DNA of 64,000 bases from an uncultured Pseudomonadota bacterium. Lineage in GTDB: Bacteria; Babelota; Babeliae; Babelales; Vermiphilaceae. Positions 1 to 8,584 of the stretch are shown one piece after another. Under the pieces are notes generated by a model. That model saw only the letters and a program-made list of their open reading frames with translations, searched no databases and was not told the DNA's origin. The stretch spans positions 25,624-89,623 of the forward strand of contig CAZYJE010000006.1 of the NCBI GenBank assembly GCA_964647685.1, read 5' to 3'. Numbering within the stretch: position 1 is the stretch's first letter; the number at the start of each line of letters is the position of its first letter. Both the position numbers and the translations under genes were made by a program.

Positions 1-368
1 GCTTTGATATTTATATTTTTTAGAATTGGGACCATTGTTTGGGTTACAATGTTATAATTGTAGCATGTTTGCAAAAATGTTTTGATGTGGTTTCTATTAT
101 TTGGAAATAAAGTGATAAGTTTTTTATATAAAAAAAGTGCTTCTTTTAATTTTTTATTTTTTATATAAAGATAAGCTGCTTGCTCATATACGTTTTCTGC
201 TTCTTTATCTTTAAATGCACAAAGCAAATCAGCTTCTATTTGTAAAGTGAAAGCTTCACTTTCAATTGAATGGGATAAAAGCTTATGCATAGCAAGAGCT
301 CTTTCTTTTTCACCTTTTGTTACACATTCTGCGAGTTTAAACCATGCTATATTAAATGATTGCTCCAT
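1..368 (-). CDS. hypothetical protein, N-terminal part (gene runs off the left edge); helical, TPR-like
   Basis: Own minus-strand translation from ATG at 368 (MEQSFNIAWFKLAECVTKGEKERALAMHKLL...) stays open to position 1. It is absent from the ORF track because no stop lies in the window. The segment AENVYEQAAYLYIKNKKLKEALFLYKKLITLFPNN looks like a TPR unit. Confidence 0.45.
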   Translation of the reverse strand, partial: MEQSFNIAWFKLAECVTKGEKERALAMHKLLSHSIESEAFTLQIEADLLCAFKDKEAENVYEQAAYLYIKNKKLKEALFLYKKLITLFPNNRNHIKTFLQTCYNYNIVTQTMVPILKNINIK

Positions 369-459
369 TTATTGTATCCTTTGTCAAAAATGATCTTCTT
401 TTTTTTATTTAATGAAACATTTTGAGATCATAAAATCAATAGATTATGGTAATTTTAAT

Positions 460-741
460 TTAAGATTTATTTTTTTTATGAAGTTGTTTTTTTATTATTA
501 ATACTTCATTATGATCTGGATTATTAAAAAATATTTTTTTTACAAAATCAACTGGAGATTGTGGGCCATTAGGTGATAGGAGTTCTGTTTTGATTTGTTT
601 ATTATTCTTTTTCCTATATTGATTTATAGCTCTTTTTACACTTGTGGGTAGTATTTTTTTTTGATGCGGTTTGTCGTGCATGCAAAAAAAAGTTTTTGTG
701 CCTAAAAAAATAAGTAAAAAAAATAAAGATTGTTTATTCAT
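460..741 (-). CDS. small secreted hypothetical protein
   Basis: ORF track 460..753. The internal ATG at 741 gives a signal-like N-terminus (MNKQSLFFLLIFLGTKTFFC) and is preceded by GGA. Lys-rich; no family recognised. Confidence 0.4.
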   Translation of the reverse strand: MNKQSLFFLLIFLGTKTFFCMHDKPHQKKILPTSVKRAINQYRKKNNKQIKTELLSPNGPQSPVDFVKKIFFNNPDHNEVLIIKKQLHKKNKS

Positions 742-842
742 GTAGTTTTCCATGATTGTTAATAACTAATAGAATGTTATTAGTAAACTATAATTGAAAA
801 CAAAAAATCAAGAAAAATAGAAAAGAAAAAATTTTAAATAAT

Positions 843-917
843 TGGTGCCGAGGGTCGGAATCGAACCAACGACGCTGAGCTCTTCAGGCTCACGCTCTAC
901 CACTGAGCTACCCCGGC
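843..917 (-). tRNA. tRNA-Phe (anticodon GAA), CCA encoded
   Basis: The reverse complement folds as a cloverleaf: GCCGGGG-TA-GCTC-AGTGGTA-GAGC-G-TGAGC-CTGAAGA-GCTCA-GCGTC-GTTGG-TTCGATT-CCGAC-CCTCGGC-A-CCA. All four stems pair, U33 is present and the anticodon is GAA. Confidence 0.9.
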
Positions 918-1017
918 ATACTTTTAGTAAATGTAAGTATTAGAGTATAGATAGCAGAGTTTTTGTCAATAAGAAAATGATTTTTTCTTCTTTTTGGGTT
1001 GCGTTGTAAATTCTTTT

Positions 1018-1047
1018 TTGATTTGCTACGCTGAAAGTCTCTATAAT
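1018..1047 (+). promoter_or_regulatory. candidate sigma70-type promoter of pheS
   Basis: TTGATT (1018-1023), an 18-nt spacer, then TATAAT (1042-1047), 21 nt upstream of the pheS ATG. Such motifs arise easily by chance in AT-rich DNA. Confidence 0.3.
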
Positions 1048-1068
1048 ACTACATAATTAGGTCCTATT

Positions 1069-2103
1069 ATGAAAACACTAAAAGAACTTATACAAGCATT
1101 TAAACAAGATTTTACAAAAGCTTTAGATACTGTAAAAAATCAGGATGAATTGGAAAAAGTTAGAGTTGCATTTCTTGGTAGAAAAAGTGCTTTAACAAAT
1201 TTGATGGTACATATGAAAACATTGGCAGTTGATGAAAAACGTATTTATGGACCATTATTAAATGACCTTAAAAAATCAAGTGAAACTGATTACAATAAAA
1301 AAATAACATCTTTAAAAGCTTCTTCTTACAGACAAAAAGAGTTGCAATATAAACATTTTGATGTTACAGCTTACAATCTTTCTGAGCGTCGTGGTGGTTT
1401 GCATATTTATACGCAAATTCTTACAGAAATAAAAGATATTTTTATTTCTATGGGTTATCAAGTTGCAGATGGAAATGAAGTTGAAACTGATTATTATAAT
1501 TTTGAAGCTTTAAATATTCCAAAAAATCATCCTGCTCGCGATATGCAGGATACATTTTGGTTAGATGTCCCCGGTTTATTAATGAGAACGCAAACATCGC
1601 CTATCCAAATTCATGCTATGCAAAAAGAGCAGGGACCAGTTGCTCTGATTGCGCCAGGAAGAGTGTACCGAAATGAAGCAACCGATGCTTCACATGATTT
1701 TATGTTTACACAAGTTGAAGGTTTGTTTGTAGGTGAAAATGTTTCTATGGCAAATCTACTTGCAACATTAAAGCTATTTTTGCAAAAAATTTTTAAAAAA
1801 GATGATTTAAAGATTAGAGTTCGTCCTGGATTTTTTCCTTTTGTTGAACCTGGCATAGAAGTAGATTTTTCTTGTACATTTTGTTCTTCTGGCTGTTCCG
1901 TTTGTAAAAAAACAGGGTGGATTGAGCTTATGGGTGCTGGACTTGTACATCCAAATGTTTTACGATGCGGTAAAATAGATCCAGAAAAATATTCTGGGTT
2001 TGCATTTGGTTTAGGAATAGAGCGACTTGCTATGATTAAATATGGCATAAATGACATTCGATTATTTCATGGTAATTCATTACAGTTTTTAAAGCAGTTT
2101 TAA
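1069..2103 (+). CDS. pheS: phenylalanine--tRNA ligase alpha subunit
   Basis: 344 aa with class II aaRS motifs typical of PheS (HPARDMQDTFW, RTQTSPIQI, PGRVYRNE, FPFVEPGIEVD, GFAFGLGIERLAM). Confidence 0.95.
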   Translation: MKTLKELIQAFKQDFTKALDTVKNQDELEKVRVAFLGRKSALTNLMVHMKTLAVDEKRIYGPLLNDLKKSSETDYNKKITSLKASSYRQKELQYKHFDVTAYNLSERRGGLHIYTQILTEIKDIFISMGYQVADGNEVETDYYNFEALNIPKNHPARDMQDTFWLDVPGLLMRTQTSPIQIHAMQKEQGPVALIAPGRVYRNEATDASHDFMFTQVEGLFVGENVSMANLLATLKLFLQKIFKKDDLKIRVRPGFFPFVEPGIEVDFSCTFCSSGCSVCKKTGWIELMGAGLVHPNVLRCGKIDPEKYSGFAFGLGIERLAMIKYGINDIRLFHGNSLQFLKQF

Positions 2104-2144
2104 AAAATATCTTTGTAAAGTAAAGCCTTAAAAGGAGAGATAGC

Positions 2145-3068
2145 ATGAGCATTGATGTAGTAAAAGCAATAATTCCAGCTGCGGGTTTGGGCACAAGATT
2201 TTTACCTTTTACCAAAGCAGTTCCTAAAGAGATGCTTCCATTGCTCAATAAACCAGCAATTCAACATGTTGTTGAAGAGGGTGTAAGTTCTGGTATAAAA
2301 AACTTTTTTATTGTTACAGGTAGAGCAAAGGCTGCTTTGGCGAATCATTTTGATATTAGTCCCGATTTGGAATTAATGTTAAAAGAAAAAAATAAGCTGG
2401 ATTTGATTTCTGGTATCGAAAAAATTATAAGATCAGCTCATTTTACTTATGTACGACAGCCAGAACCACTTGGTTTAGGCCATGCTATTTGGATGGCTCG
2501 TCATTCTATAGGAAAAGAATATTTTGGTGTTTTTTTACCAGATGATATTATTGTTTCAAAGCAACCTGGACTTGATCAACTTATTAAAGTTGCTCGACAA
2601 GAAAAAGCAAGTGTCATTGCTGTGCAAGAGGTTCCTATGGAATGTGTTTCTTCTTATGGTGTAGTATCAATTAAAAAACAAATAACACCAAAGTTGTTTC
2701 AAGTTTCGCATTTAGTAGAAAAACCAGATCAAAAAGATGCGCCATCAAATCTTGCAGTTATTGGTCGTTACGTTCTTTCTCACAAAGTATTTAATGCTCT
2801 TGATGAAATTAGTTCATATGCCACTGGAGAATTACAGTTGACTGATGCTATTTCTTATATGGCACAGCATGGAGAACGTGTTTTTGCATATAAAATGCAG
2901 GCAACTCGTTATGATATTGGAACACCAATTGGATGGTTTAAGGCGGTTATTGGCACAGCGCTTAAAGACCCTGTTTATGGACCACACATTAAAGATTTGC
3001 TTAAAGATTTAAATACACCAAACTCATTTATATTTAATCCAACAAAAAATATTATTCATACTTTGTAA
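2145..3068 (+). CDS. galU: UTP--glucose-1-phosphate uridylyltransferase
   Basis: N-terminus KAIIPAAGLGTRFLPFTKAVPKEMLPL plus VEKP and the GRY motif, as in GalU. RBS AAAGGAGAG lies upstream. Confidence 0.9.
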   Translation: MSIDVVKAIIPAAGLGTRFLPFTKAVPKEMLPLLNKPAIQHVVEEGVSSGIKNFFIVTGRAKAALANHFDISPDLELMLKEKNKLDLISGIEKIIRSAHFTYVRQPEPLGLGHAIWMARHSIGKEYFGVFLPDDIIVSKQPGLDQLIKVARQEKASVIAVQEVPMECVSSYGVVSIKKQITPKLFQVSHLVEKPDQKDAPSNLAVIGRYVLSHKVFNALDEISSYATGELQLTDAISYMAQHGERVFAYKMQATRYDIGTPIGWFKAVIGTALKDPVYGPHIKDLLKDLNTPNSFIFNPTKNIIHTL

Positions 3069-3090
3069 AATAAAACACATACTATAAAAA

Positions 3091-3129
3091 AGCCAGTTGT
3101 AACAAAAAATGCTACAACTGGCTTTTTTT
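3091..3129 (+). terminator. rho-independent terminator after galU
   Basis: An 11-bp perfect stem AGCCAGTTGTA / TACAACTGGCT followed by a T6 run and preceded by an A run. Confidence 0.7.
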
Positions 3130-3261
3130 AAAAATTTAAAGTAATATTTTCACGATTGTCATTGCTAAAATACATCCTTTTTATGAGCAATTATTGCAAT
3201 TAGAAAACTTTAGTTGTTAAAATTTATTTATACATGTCTATATATAAATGTGGGATTTATT

Positions 3262-3486
3262 ATGAATAGTATAAAATATAAAATAGCAGCTGCTTTAACC
3301 TTATTACCAATTTTTCTTTTTTCTTGCCCTACTCATCTTGGCAGAAAAAAACTAAGAGTTCGCAAGTTTTTTAAGTATCAGCTTGACTCTAAGTATGATA
3401 AATATATTGCTACTCTTAAAAAAATAGAAAAAGATCTTAAAAAAAATATAAAACAGTTAATTGTTAAATACCAAAACAGTAAATAA
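3262..3486 (+). CDS. small putative lipoprotein
   Basis: ORF track 3214..3486. The internal ATG at 3262 gives MNSIKYKIAAALTLLPIFLFSC, i.e. a signal peptide with a lipobox-like LFSC. Orphan. Confidence 0.4.
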   Translation: MNSIKYKIAAALTLLPIFLFSCPTHLGRKKLRVRKFFKYQLDSKYDKYIATLKKIEKDLKKNIKQLIVKYQNSK

Positions 3487-3495
3487 GGAAACAGT

Positions 3496-3723
3496 ATGAA
3501 AAAAACTTTATTTTTATATACTTTTCTTTTTTCTTTTTTTTTAAAAGCTAGCAATGATTGTATGGATAACTCTCATCATTTAAAAGAACCTTATGATAAT
3601 AAATCGTATCGTAAGGTTCTTTGTAATTGTCCTTGTAAAAAGTATAAAATCTACGAAGATCGAGGAAGATGTAGCAAATGTAAACATTTTCGCGACCCTA
3701 AAAAAGAAAGATGGGAACTGTAA
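3496..3723 (+). CDS. small secreted Cys-rich protein
   Basis: RBS AAGGAAAC lies 5 nt upstream. Signal-like MKKTLFLYTFLFSFFLKA is followed by CNCPC...C..C spacing (zinc-knuckle-like). Orphan. Confidence 0.45.
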   Translation: MKKTLFLYTFLFSFFLKASNDCMDNSHHLKEPYDNKSYRKVLCNCPCKKYKIYEDRGRCSKCKHFRDPKKERWEL

Positions 3724-3726
3724 AAG

Positions 3727-6132
3727 TTATTTTTTATAATTTTTTATAAATTCAATTATAGAATCCTGATTTAAAGATAAAGAGTCGATAGAAAGTTTAA
3801 TCAGTAGTTGAGCTATTTCGGGAAAATCTGAAGGTCCTTGCCCGCAAATGCCAATATATTTTTTATTTTTGTGAGCTCCAGTAATTGCAAGTTCAAACAT
3901 TTTTTTTACTGCCATGTCTCGTTCATCAAAAATATGGGCAAGAAGGCCAGAATCTCTATCAACACCAAGTGTTAATTGCGTTAAATCATTAGAGCCAATA
4001 GAAAAACCATCAAAAAGTTTACTAAATTCATTTATTAAAATAACATTTGATGGTATTTCACACATCATAATAATTTCTAAGTTATTTTTCCCTTTTTCTA
4101 GGCCTTGATTTTCCATGATTTGTAAAACTTTTTTCCCTTCTTTTACTGTTCTGACAAAAGGAACCATTACTTTAACATTTGTAAGTCCCATCTTTTCTCT
4201 AACTTTTTGCAAAGCTTGGCACTCTAAAATAAAAGCTTCTTTATACTCATTGCTATAATAACGAGATGCTCCTCTGTAGCCAAGCATAGGATTTTCTTCA
4301 TGTGGTTCAAAGTAGGTGCCGCCAATTAAATTTCGGTATTCATTTGTTTTAAAATCAGAAAGTCTAACAATAACAGGCTTTGGGTAAAATGCAGCTGCAA
4401 TCATTCCAATTGAATGGGCGAGTTTATCTATAAAAAACTGTTTTTTATCTTTATATCCTTGTGTAATATCTTCAATGAATTTTTTTATTGAAGCATCAGT
4501 TATTTTTTCTGGTTTCAAAAGGGCAAGTGGATGTATTTTAATATTGTTATTAATAATAAATTCTAATCTTGCAAGGCCGACACCATCATTTGGAAGCATA
4601 GAAAGAGTAAAAGCTCGTTCAGGGTCTGCAATATTAATCATAATTTTTGTAGGCACATCATTTGTCGAAATATTTTGTATTTCGATTTCTTTTTTTTCAA
4701 AAGGTATCGCTCCTTTATAGACAAATCCAGTTGTTCCTTGGCTACAATCAAGTGTTATTGTTGATTCATTTTCAATAGTTTTTGTTGCATTTGCTGTTCC
4801 TACAAGTGCTGGAATACCAAGTTCTCTACTTACAATTGCCGCATGACATGTTCTTCCACCATGGTCTGTTATGATTGCTCCAGCTTTTTTCATAATTGGA
4901 ACCCAGTCAGGATCAGTCATTTGTGTAATAATAATATCACCATCTTTAACAGATTTTATTTCTGTTGGGTCTTTAATAATTCGTGCAATACCAGAAACTA
5001 TTTGCTGACCAATGCTTTGTCCTTCTAAAATTGTTTCTATTTTATTATTAGCGACATTATTTTTTATGAGATGATATTTTGTGAGGATATTCATTTTTTT
5101 TGTTGTATGGACAGTTTCTGGTCGTGCTTGAATTATGTACAGCTTATTGTCTTTGCCATCTTTTGCCCATTCAATATCCATTGGGCACCATGTGCCTTTT
5201 AAGTTTGTATAGTAATCTTCAATGGTTGCAATTGCTTTTGCAAGTTCTATAATTTCTTCATTTTTTAATGAAAAACTTTGTTGCTCTTGTTTTGTTGTCT
5301 CTATTGTTTCGGTTGGATTATCTGTATCATTTGTATAAATAATTTTTATTTTTTTTTCTCCAATATTTTTTTTAATGATACTTGTAAATCCTTGTGCAAG
5401 TGTTGGTTTATGAATAACAAATTCATCAGGTATTACTTCACCTTTTACAATAGATTCGCCTAGTCCATAGGCGGAATTGATAATTATTGCATCTTTAAAG
5501 CCACTTTCTGTATCTAAAGAAAAAGCAACACCAGAAGATGCTAGATCAGAGCGAATCATTTTTTGTACGCCAACTGAAAGTGCAACTTGAAAATGGTCAA
5601 ATCCTTTTTCTGTCCGGTAAACAATTGCTCTATTGGTAAAGAGTGATGCTAAAGCTTTTTTATAAGCTTCAAGAAGGTTTTTGTGTCCAGTGATATTTAA
5701 ATATGTTTCTTGTTGTCCAGCAAAAGAGGCATTAGGTAAGTCTTCTGCAGTTGCAGATGATCTGACGGCAACATCGCAATCATTTTGATTATATTTTTTA
5801 CAAAGATTATCATAGGCTCTTGTAATTTCTTGGGCTAAATCATCTGGAATTTCTCCACTTAAAATTAAAGACCTGACAGAACTGCCAGCTTTTTCTAGTT
5901 GTTCTATATTTAAATGATCTTTTAACTCTTGAAATATAGTTTTTATTTTCTCGTTAAACTGATTATGTTGTATGTAATAGTCATATGCTTGAGCTGTGAC
6001 AGCAAAACCTGTAGGAATAAGGATATTTTTTTTTGTTAGATTGGCAATCATTTGACCAAGTGATGCATTTTTTCCGCCAACAAGTGGAATATCGTTGATT
6101 GTTAAGTTTTCAAATAATTTAATATATTTCAT
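3727..6132 (-). CDS. ppsA: phosphoenolpyruvate synthase (pyruvate, water dikinase)
   Basis: 801 aa. N-terminus VGGKNASLGQM, phospho-His region GGRTCHAAIVSRELGIPALVG and C-terminal PEP-utilising domain FFSIGSNDLTQL-like (FSIGSNDLTQLTLG). Confidence 0.93.
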   Translation of the reverse strand: MKYIKLFENLTINDIPLVGGKNASLGQMIANLTKKNILIPTGFAVTAQAYDYYIQHNQFNEKIKTIFQELKDHLNIEQLEKAGSSVRSLILSGEIPDDLAQEITRAYDNLCKKYNQNDCDVAVRSSATAEDLPNASFAGQQETYLNITGHKNLLEAYKKALASLFTNRAIVYRTEKGFDHFQVALSVGVQKMIRSDLASSGVAFSLDTESGFKDAIIINSAYGLGESIVKGEVIPDEFVIHKPTLAQGFTSIIKKNIGEKKIKIIYTNDTDNPTETIETTKQEQQSFSLKNEEIIELAKAIATIEDYYTNLKGTWCPMDIEWAKDGKDNKLYIIQARPETVHTTKKMNILTKYHLIKNNVANNKIETILEGQSIGQQIVSGIARIIKDPTEIKSVKDGDIIITQMTDPDWVPIMKKAGAIITDHGGRTCHAAIVSRELGIPALVGTANATKTIENESTITLDCSQGTTGFVYKGAIPFEKKEIEIQNISTNDVPTKIMINIADPERAFTLSMLPNDGVGLARLEFIINNNIKIHPLALLKPEKITDASIKKFIEDITQGYKDKKQFFIDKLAHSIGMIAAAFYPKPVIVRLSDFKTNEYRNLIGGTYFEPHEENPMLGYRGASRYYSNEYKEAFILECQALQKVREKMGLTNVKVMVPFVRTVKEGKKVLQIMENQGLEKGKNNLEIIMMCEIPSNVILINEFSKLFDGFSIGSNDLTQLTLGVDRDSGLLAHIFDERDMAVKKMFELAITGAHKNKKYIGICGQGPSDFPEIAQLLIKLSIDSLSLNQDSIIEFIKNYKK

Positions 6133-6201
6133 TTTTTATTCCTCTTTATTAAGAATTCATTAACAAAACTTATGTTTAATTAAAAAAATAATCAACCTAT
6201 T

Positions 6202-6331
6202 CGTCTTTGCGAACTTGCGTAAGCAAGTGTGGCAATCTAGTTAATTTTGTTTTTCTTCCGTCTAATTTATATTTTAATAATTATTGAAGTTATTTAATTA
6301 ACTGGATTGCCACGCTTCGCTCGCAAAGACG
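6202..6331. repeat. GC-rich inverted-repeat element, locus A (U' - 57-nt AT spacer - U); REP/REPIN/MITE-like
   Basis: 6300-6331 (AACTGGATTGCCACGCTTCGCTCGCAAAGACG) is identical to 62442-62473. 6202-6242 is its imperfect inverted partner and carries an inserted 16-nt hairpin. Confidence 0.75.
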
Positions 6332-6514
6332 TAATGATATTTATAACATTAATATTTTTGACTTTTACTGCTAAAGTATACTGTTTCTCTATAGCTTATA
6401 GGCAATAATTGATTTGCAAATCTTATTTTATCTTTTATAATTACAGGTGTTATATAGTTATATGTATGTAACTATTATCGTTTCACTCGTTTTATTCCTT
6501 ATAAAGGAGAATTT

Positions 6515-6649
6515 ATGAATACTTTTGATTGGTTAAAGCAAAAAGATTCATTTTTTTCATTGTCTCACTTTTCTATTGTAAACGCTTTTCTTTTATGTGC
6601 AGTCTCGTTTTTATGCACGATTATGTATCTCGGTATTATTAGCAAATAA
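6515..6649 (+). CDS. possible 44-aa membrane peptide
   Basis: Below the ORF-track cutoff. Strong RBS AAAGGAGAA lies 5 nt before the ATG. Product: MNTFDWLKQKDSFFSLSHFSIVNAFLLCAVSFLCTIMYLGIISK, with a hydrophobic C-terminal half. Confidence 0.3.
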   Translation: MNTFDWLKQKDSFFSLSHFSIVNAFLLCAVSFLCTIMYLGIISK

Positions 6650-6703
6650 TCACGCTAAACTAAGTTTTTTTAATTTTTTAATTTTTTATTGTAAAGGACT
6701 AAC

Positions 6704-7885
6704 ATGAGTAATGTTACAAGGTCTCATATTGTTTCTACAAGTCTTGCTATTTTTTCTATGCTCTTTGGAGCGGGAAACTTAATGTATCCGATTAAGGTTG
6801 GTATGATCTCTGGTCAACACAACTTAATTGGGTTTTTAGGTTTTTTAATTACAGCAGTGTTTTTACCATTAACTGGTTTGGTTGGTATGATCTTATTTGA
6901 TGGTGATTATAACGCATTTTTTGGTCGACTAGGCTCCAGAGCTGGTAAAATTATGATTGGGTTATGTATGATTATTCTTGGGCCGCTTATAGCACTTCCT
7001 AGAATTGTTAGTGTTGCACAAGTTATGATTGAACCATTTTTGCCTTTTGCGATACTAAAGGGGACAGATCCTTTTTCTCTTTTAGTATTTAGTTTAATTT
7101 TTTTAAGCCTGACATTTTTATGTGCATTTAAAGAAAATAGTATTATGGATATTTTGGGTTATGTTATTAGTCCACTTTTACTCATTTCTTTAACAACGAT
7201 TATTATAAAAGGTTTTATTGGCGCAACTGCTCCAATTGTTGTTGCAGAAAATCCGTGGAATCTATTTAAATTGAATTTAATTCGTGGCTATGGAACACTC
7301 GACCTGCTTGGAACAATTTTTTTTGCATCAATTGTTGTAAATATTTTGAAAAATAAAATGCCAAAAAGTACTCCAATAAATGTGCTTGCTTTATTCGGTT
7401 TAAAAGCCGGCTTTATAGGTGTTGGTCTTTTGGGGCTTGTTTATTTTGGGCAGAGTTTTTTAGGTGCGTATTATGGTGCTGGCCTTGAAATTTTCAATGA
7501 CGGTCAAGCTTTTAGAACTATTGTATTTACTATTGTTGGCAGTTATGGTGCAGCTATTGTTGCAATTGCGGTTTTAATGGCATGTTTTTCTACATCTATA
7601 GCGCTGAGTGCTGTTGTTGGTGATTATTTTCAAAAAAGTATTTGTAATAATAAAATTGGGTACGTCACAGCTTTGACAGTTATTTTGTCAGCTTCGGTAC
7701 CACTTTCTATTTATGGACTTGATGCTGTACTTGCTTTGACTGGTGGACCTATAACATATATTGGTTATCCAATACTAATTTCTGTGACATTTTGTAATAT
7801 TGCTTACAAGTTAGTTGGTTTTAAGCCAATTAAAATGCCGGTAGCCTTTGTAGGGTTAGTAGCATTAATTAGTTATTATATATAG
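6704..7885 (+). CDS. brnQ: branched-chain amino acid transport system II carrier (LIVCS family)
   Basis: 393 aa and polytopic. The N-terminal FSMLFGAGNLMYPIKVG and GFLITAV...GPLIALPR match my memory of BrnQ (FALFVGAGNIIFPP..., GFLITAVGLP). Confidence 0.85.
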   Translation: MSNVTRSHIVSTSLAIFSMLFGAGNLMYPIKVGMISGQHNLIGFLGFLITAVFLPLTGLVGMILFDGDYNAFFGRLGSRAGKIMIGLCMIILGPLIALPRIVSVAQVMIEPFLPFAILKGTDPFSLLVFSLIFLSLTFLCAFKENSIMDILGYVISPLLLISLTTIIIKGFIGATAPIVVAENPWNLFKLNLIRGYGTLDLLGTIFFASIVVNILKNKMPKSTPINVLALFGLKAGFIGVGLLGLVYFGQSFLGAYYGAGLEIFNDGQAFRTIVFTIVGSYGAAIVAIAVLMACFSTSIALSAVVGDYFQKSICNNKIGYVTALTVILSASVPLSIYGLDAVLALTGGPITYIGYPILISVTFCNIAYKLVGFKPIKMPVAFVGLVALISYYI

Positions 7886-7995
7886 GTAACAACTAGGGTT
7901 TGACACTCTTTTTTTATACCTATATCCTCTAGTGTAAGATCATAAAGATATTCAGAAAGAAAATTAATTATATTATTTAAAATAAGGAATTGATT

Positions 7996-8514
7996 GTGAA
8001 AAAATTAAGAATAATAGCATTGGCAGCACTAGCTGGATTATCTTTTTCTGTTGAGGCAAAAGAAATATCAAATATATCTGCTCAAAGAAAGAGCATTACA
8101 ACAAGTGTTGGTAAAATTTGGAAAAAATTAAAAACTCCAAAAGGACTTTTTATAGCAGTTCCTGCATTATTTGTTAGTAATCAATTATTTACAAATAAGC
8201 CATCAAATAAGTTTAATTATAAGAAATTAGGTTTTGAGCACCCAGAGCAAGTTTGGTATTTCATCAACGAAGTTTTAATTGGTTGCTTGAAAAAAGATGC
8301 TTCATTAAAACCTAAATTTAATGAAGATCCTAGCAAATGCAAAATGGTTCTTTCAAAAGGGCAAAAAGCACAAGGTGTTCTTGGTAAAACAGCATCATTT
8401 GCTATTGGTTCTATGAAGTTACCATTAAAACTTGTAACTACAATTGCAGGTATTGCAGTAGGATTAGAAATTTTAAATGATAGTCTTTTATCAGATCTTG
8501 AAATTTCTTCTTAA
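7996..8514 (+). CDS. hypothetical secreted protein
   Basis: ORF track 7990..8514 (TTG start). The GTG at 7996 lies 7 nt after AGGA and gives the signal peptide MKKLRIIALAALAGLSFSVEA. Orphan. Confidence 0.5.
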   Translation: MKKLRIIALAALAGLSFSVEAKEISNISAQRKSITTSVGKIWKKLKTPKGLFIAVPALFVSNQLFTNKPSNKFNYKKLGFEHPEQVWYFINEVLIGCLKKDASLKPKFNEDPSKCKMVLSKGQKAQGVLGKTASFAIGSMKLPLKLVTTIAGIAVGLEILNDSLLSDLEISS

Positions 8515-8540
8515 AATAAAAATATTTTAAATACAAAAAA

Positions 8541-8566
8541 GGAGGCTATAAAAGCCTCCTTTTTTG
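8541..8566 (+). terminator. rho-independent terminator
   Basis: GGAGGCT-ATAAA-AGCCTCC followed by TTTTTT. Confidence 0.65.
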
Positions 8567-8584
8567 TTTGATAAGGATTTAGAC

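Noticed and set aside
918-1068. T-box or attenuator leader upstream of pheS (and likewise the spacer upstream of ileS, 44874-44963, roughly 42-90 nt depending on the murD start).
   Set aside because: Both spacers are too short, and I see no specifier-loop or T-box consensus and no terminator/antiterminator pair.
1611-2057. 148-aa ORF antisense to pheS, together with the other short track ORFs nested inside or antisense to longer genes. These are 2036..2248, 3914..4108, 4475..4720, 4843..5028, 5278..5463, 9590..9808, 10110..10292, 10681..10872, 12216..12419, 14320..14502, 14779..14988, 17998..18189, 18744..18959, 18809..19027, 19938..20207, 20047..20283, 22961..23158, 24031..24258, 25551..25745, 25696..25917, 27652..27837, 29763..29960, 38014..38268, 38391..38717, 40785..40994, 41397..41627, 42630..42887, 42829..43017, 45385..45615, 48542..48907, 48935..49135, 52004..52264, 55962..56309, 58566..58769, 60840..61127 and 62628..62840.
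   Set aside because: Each lies wholly within a longer ORF that has clear family motifs or better gene context. Their translations are low-complexity (Phe/Leu/Ile/Ser-rich), as expected for out-of-frame or antisense reading of AT-rich coding DNA.
8564-8584. Track start codon for the 268-aa ORF at 8564.
   Set aside because: It lies inside the T-run of the upstream terminator hairpin. The ATG at 8585 gives a normal signal-like N-terminus.
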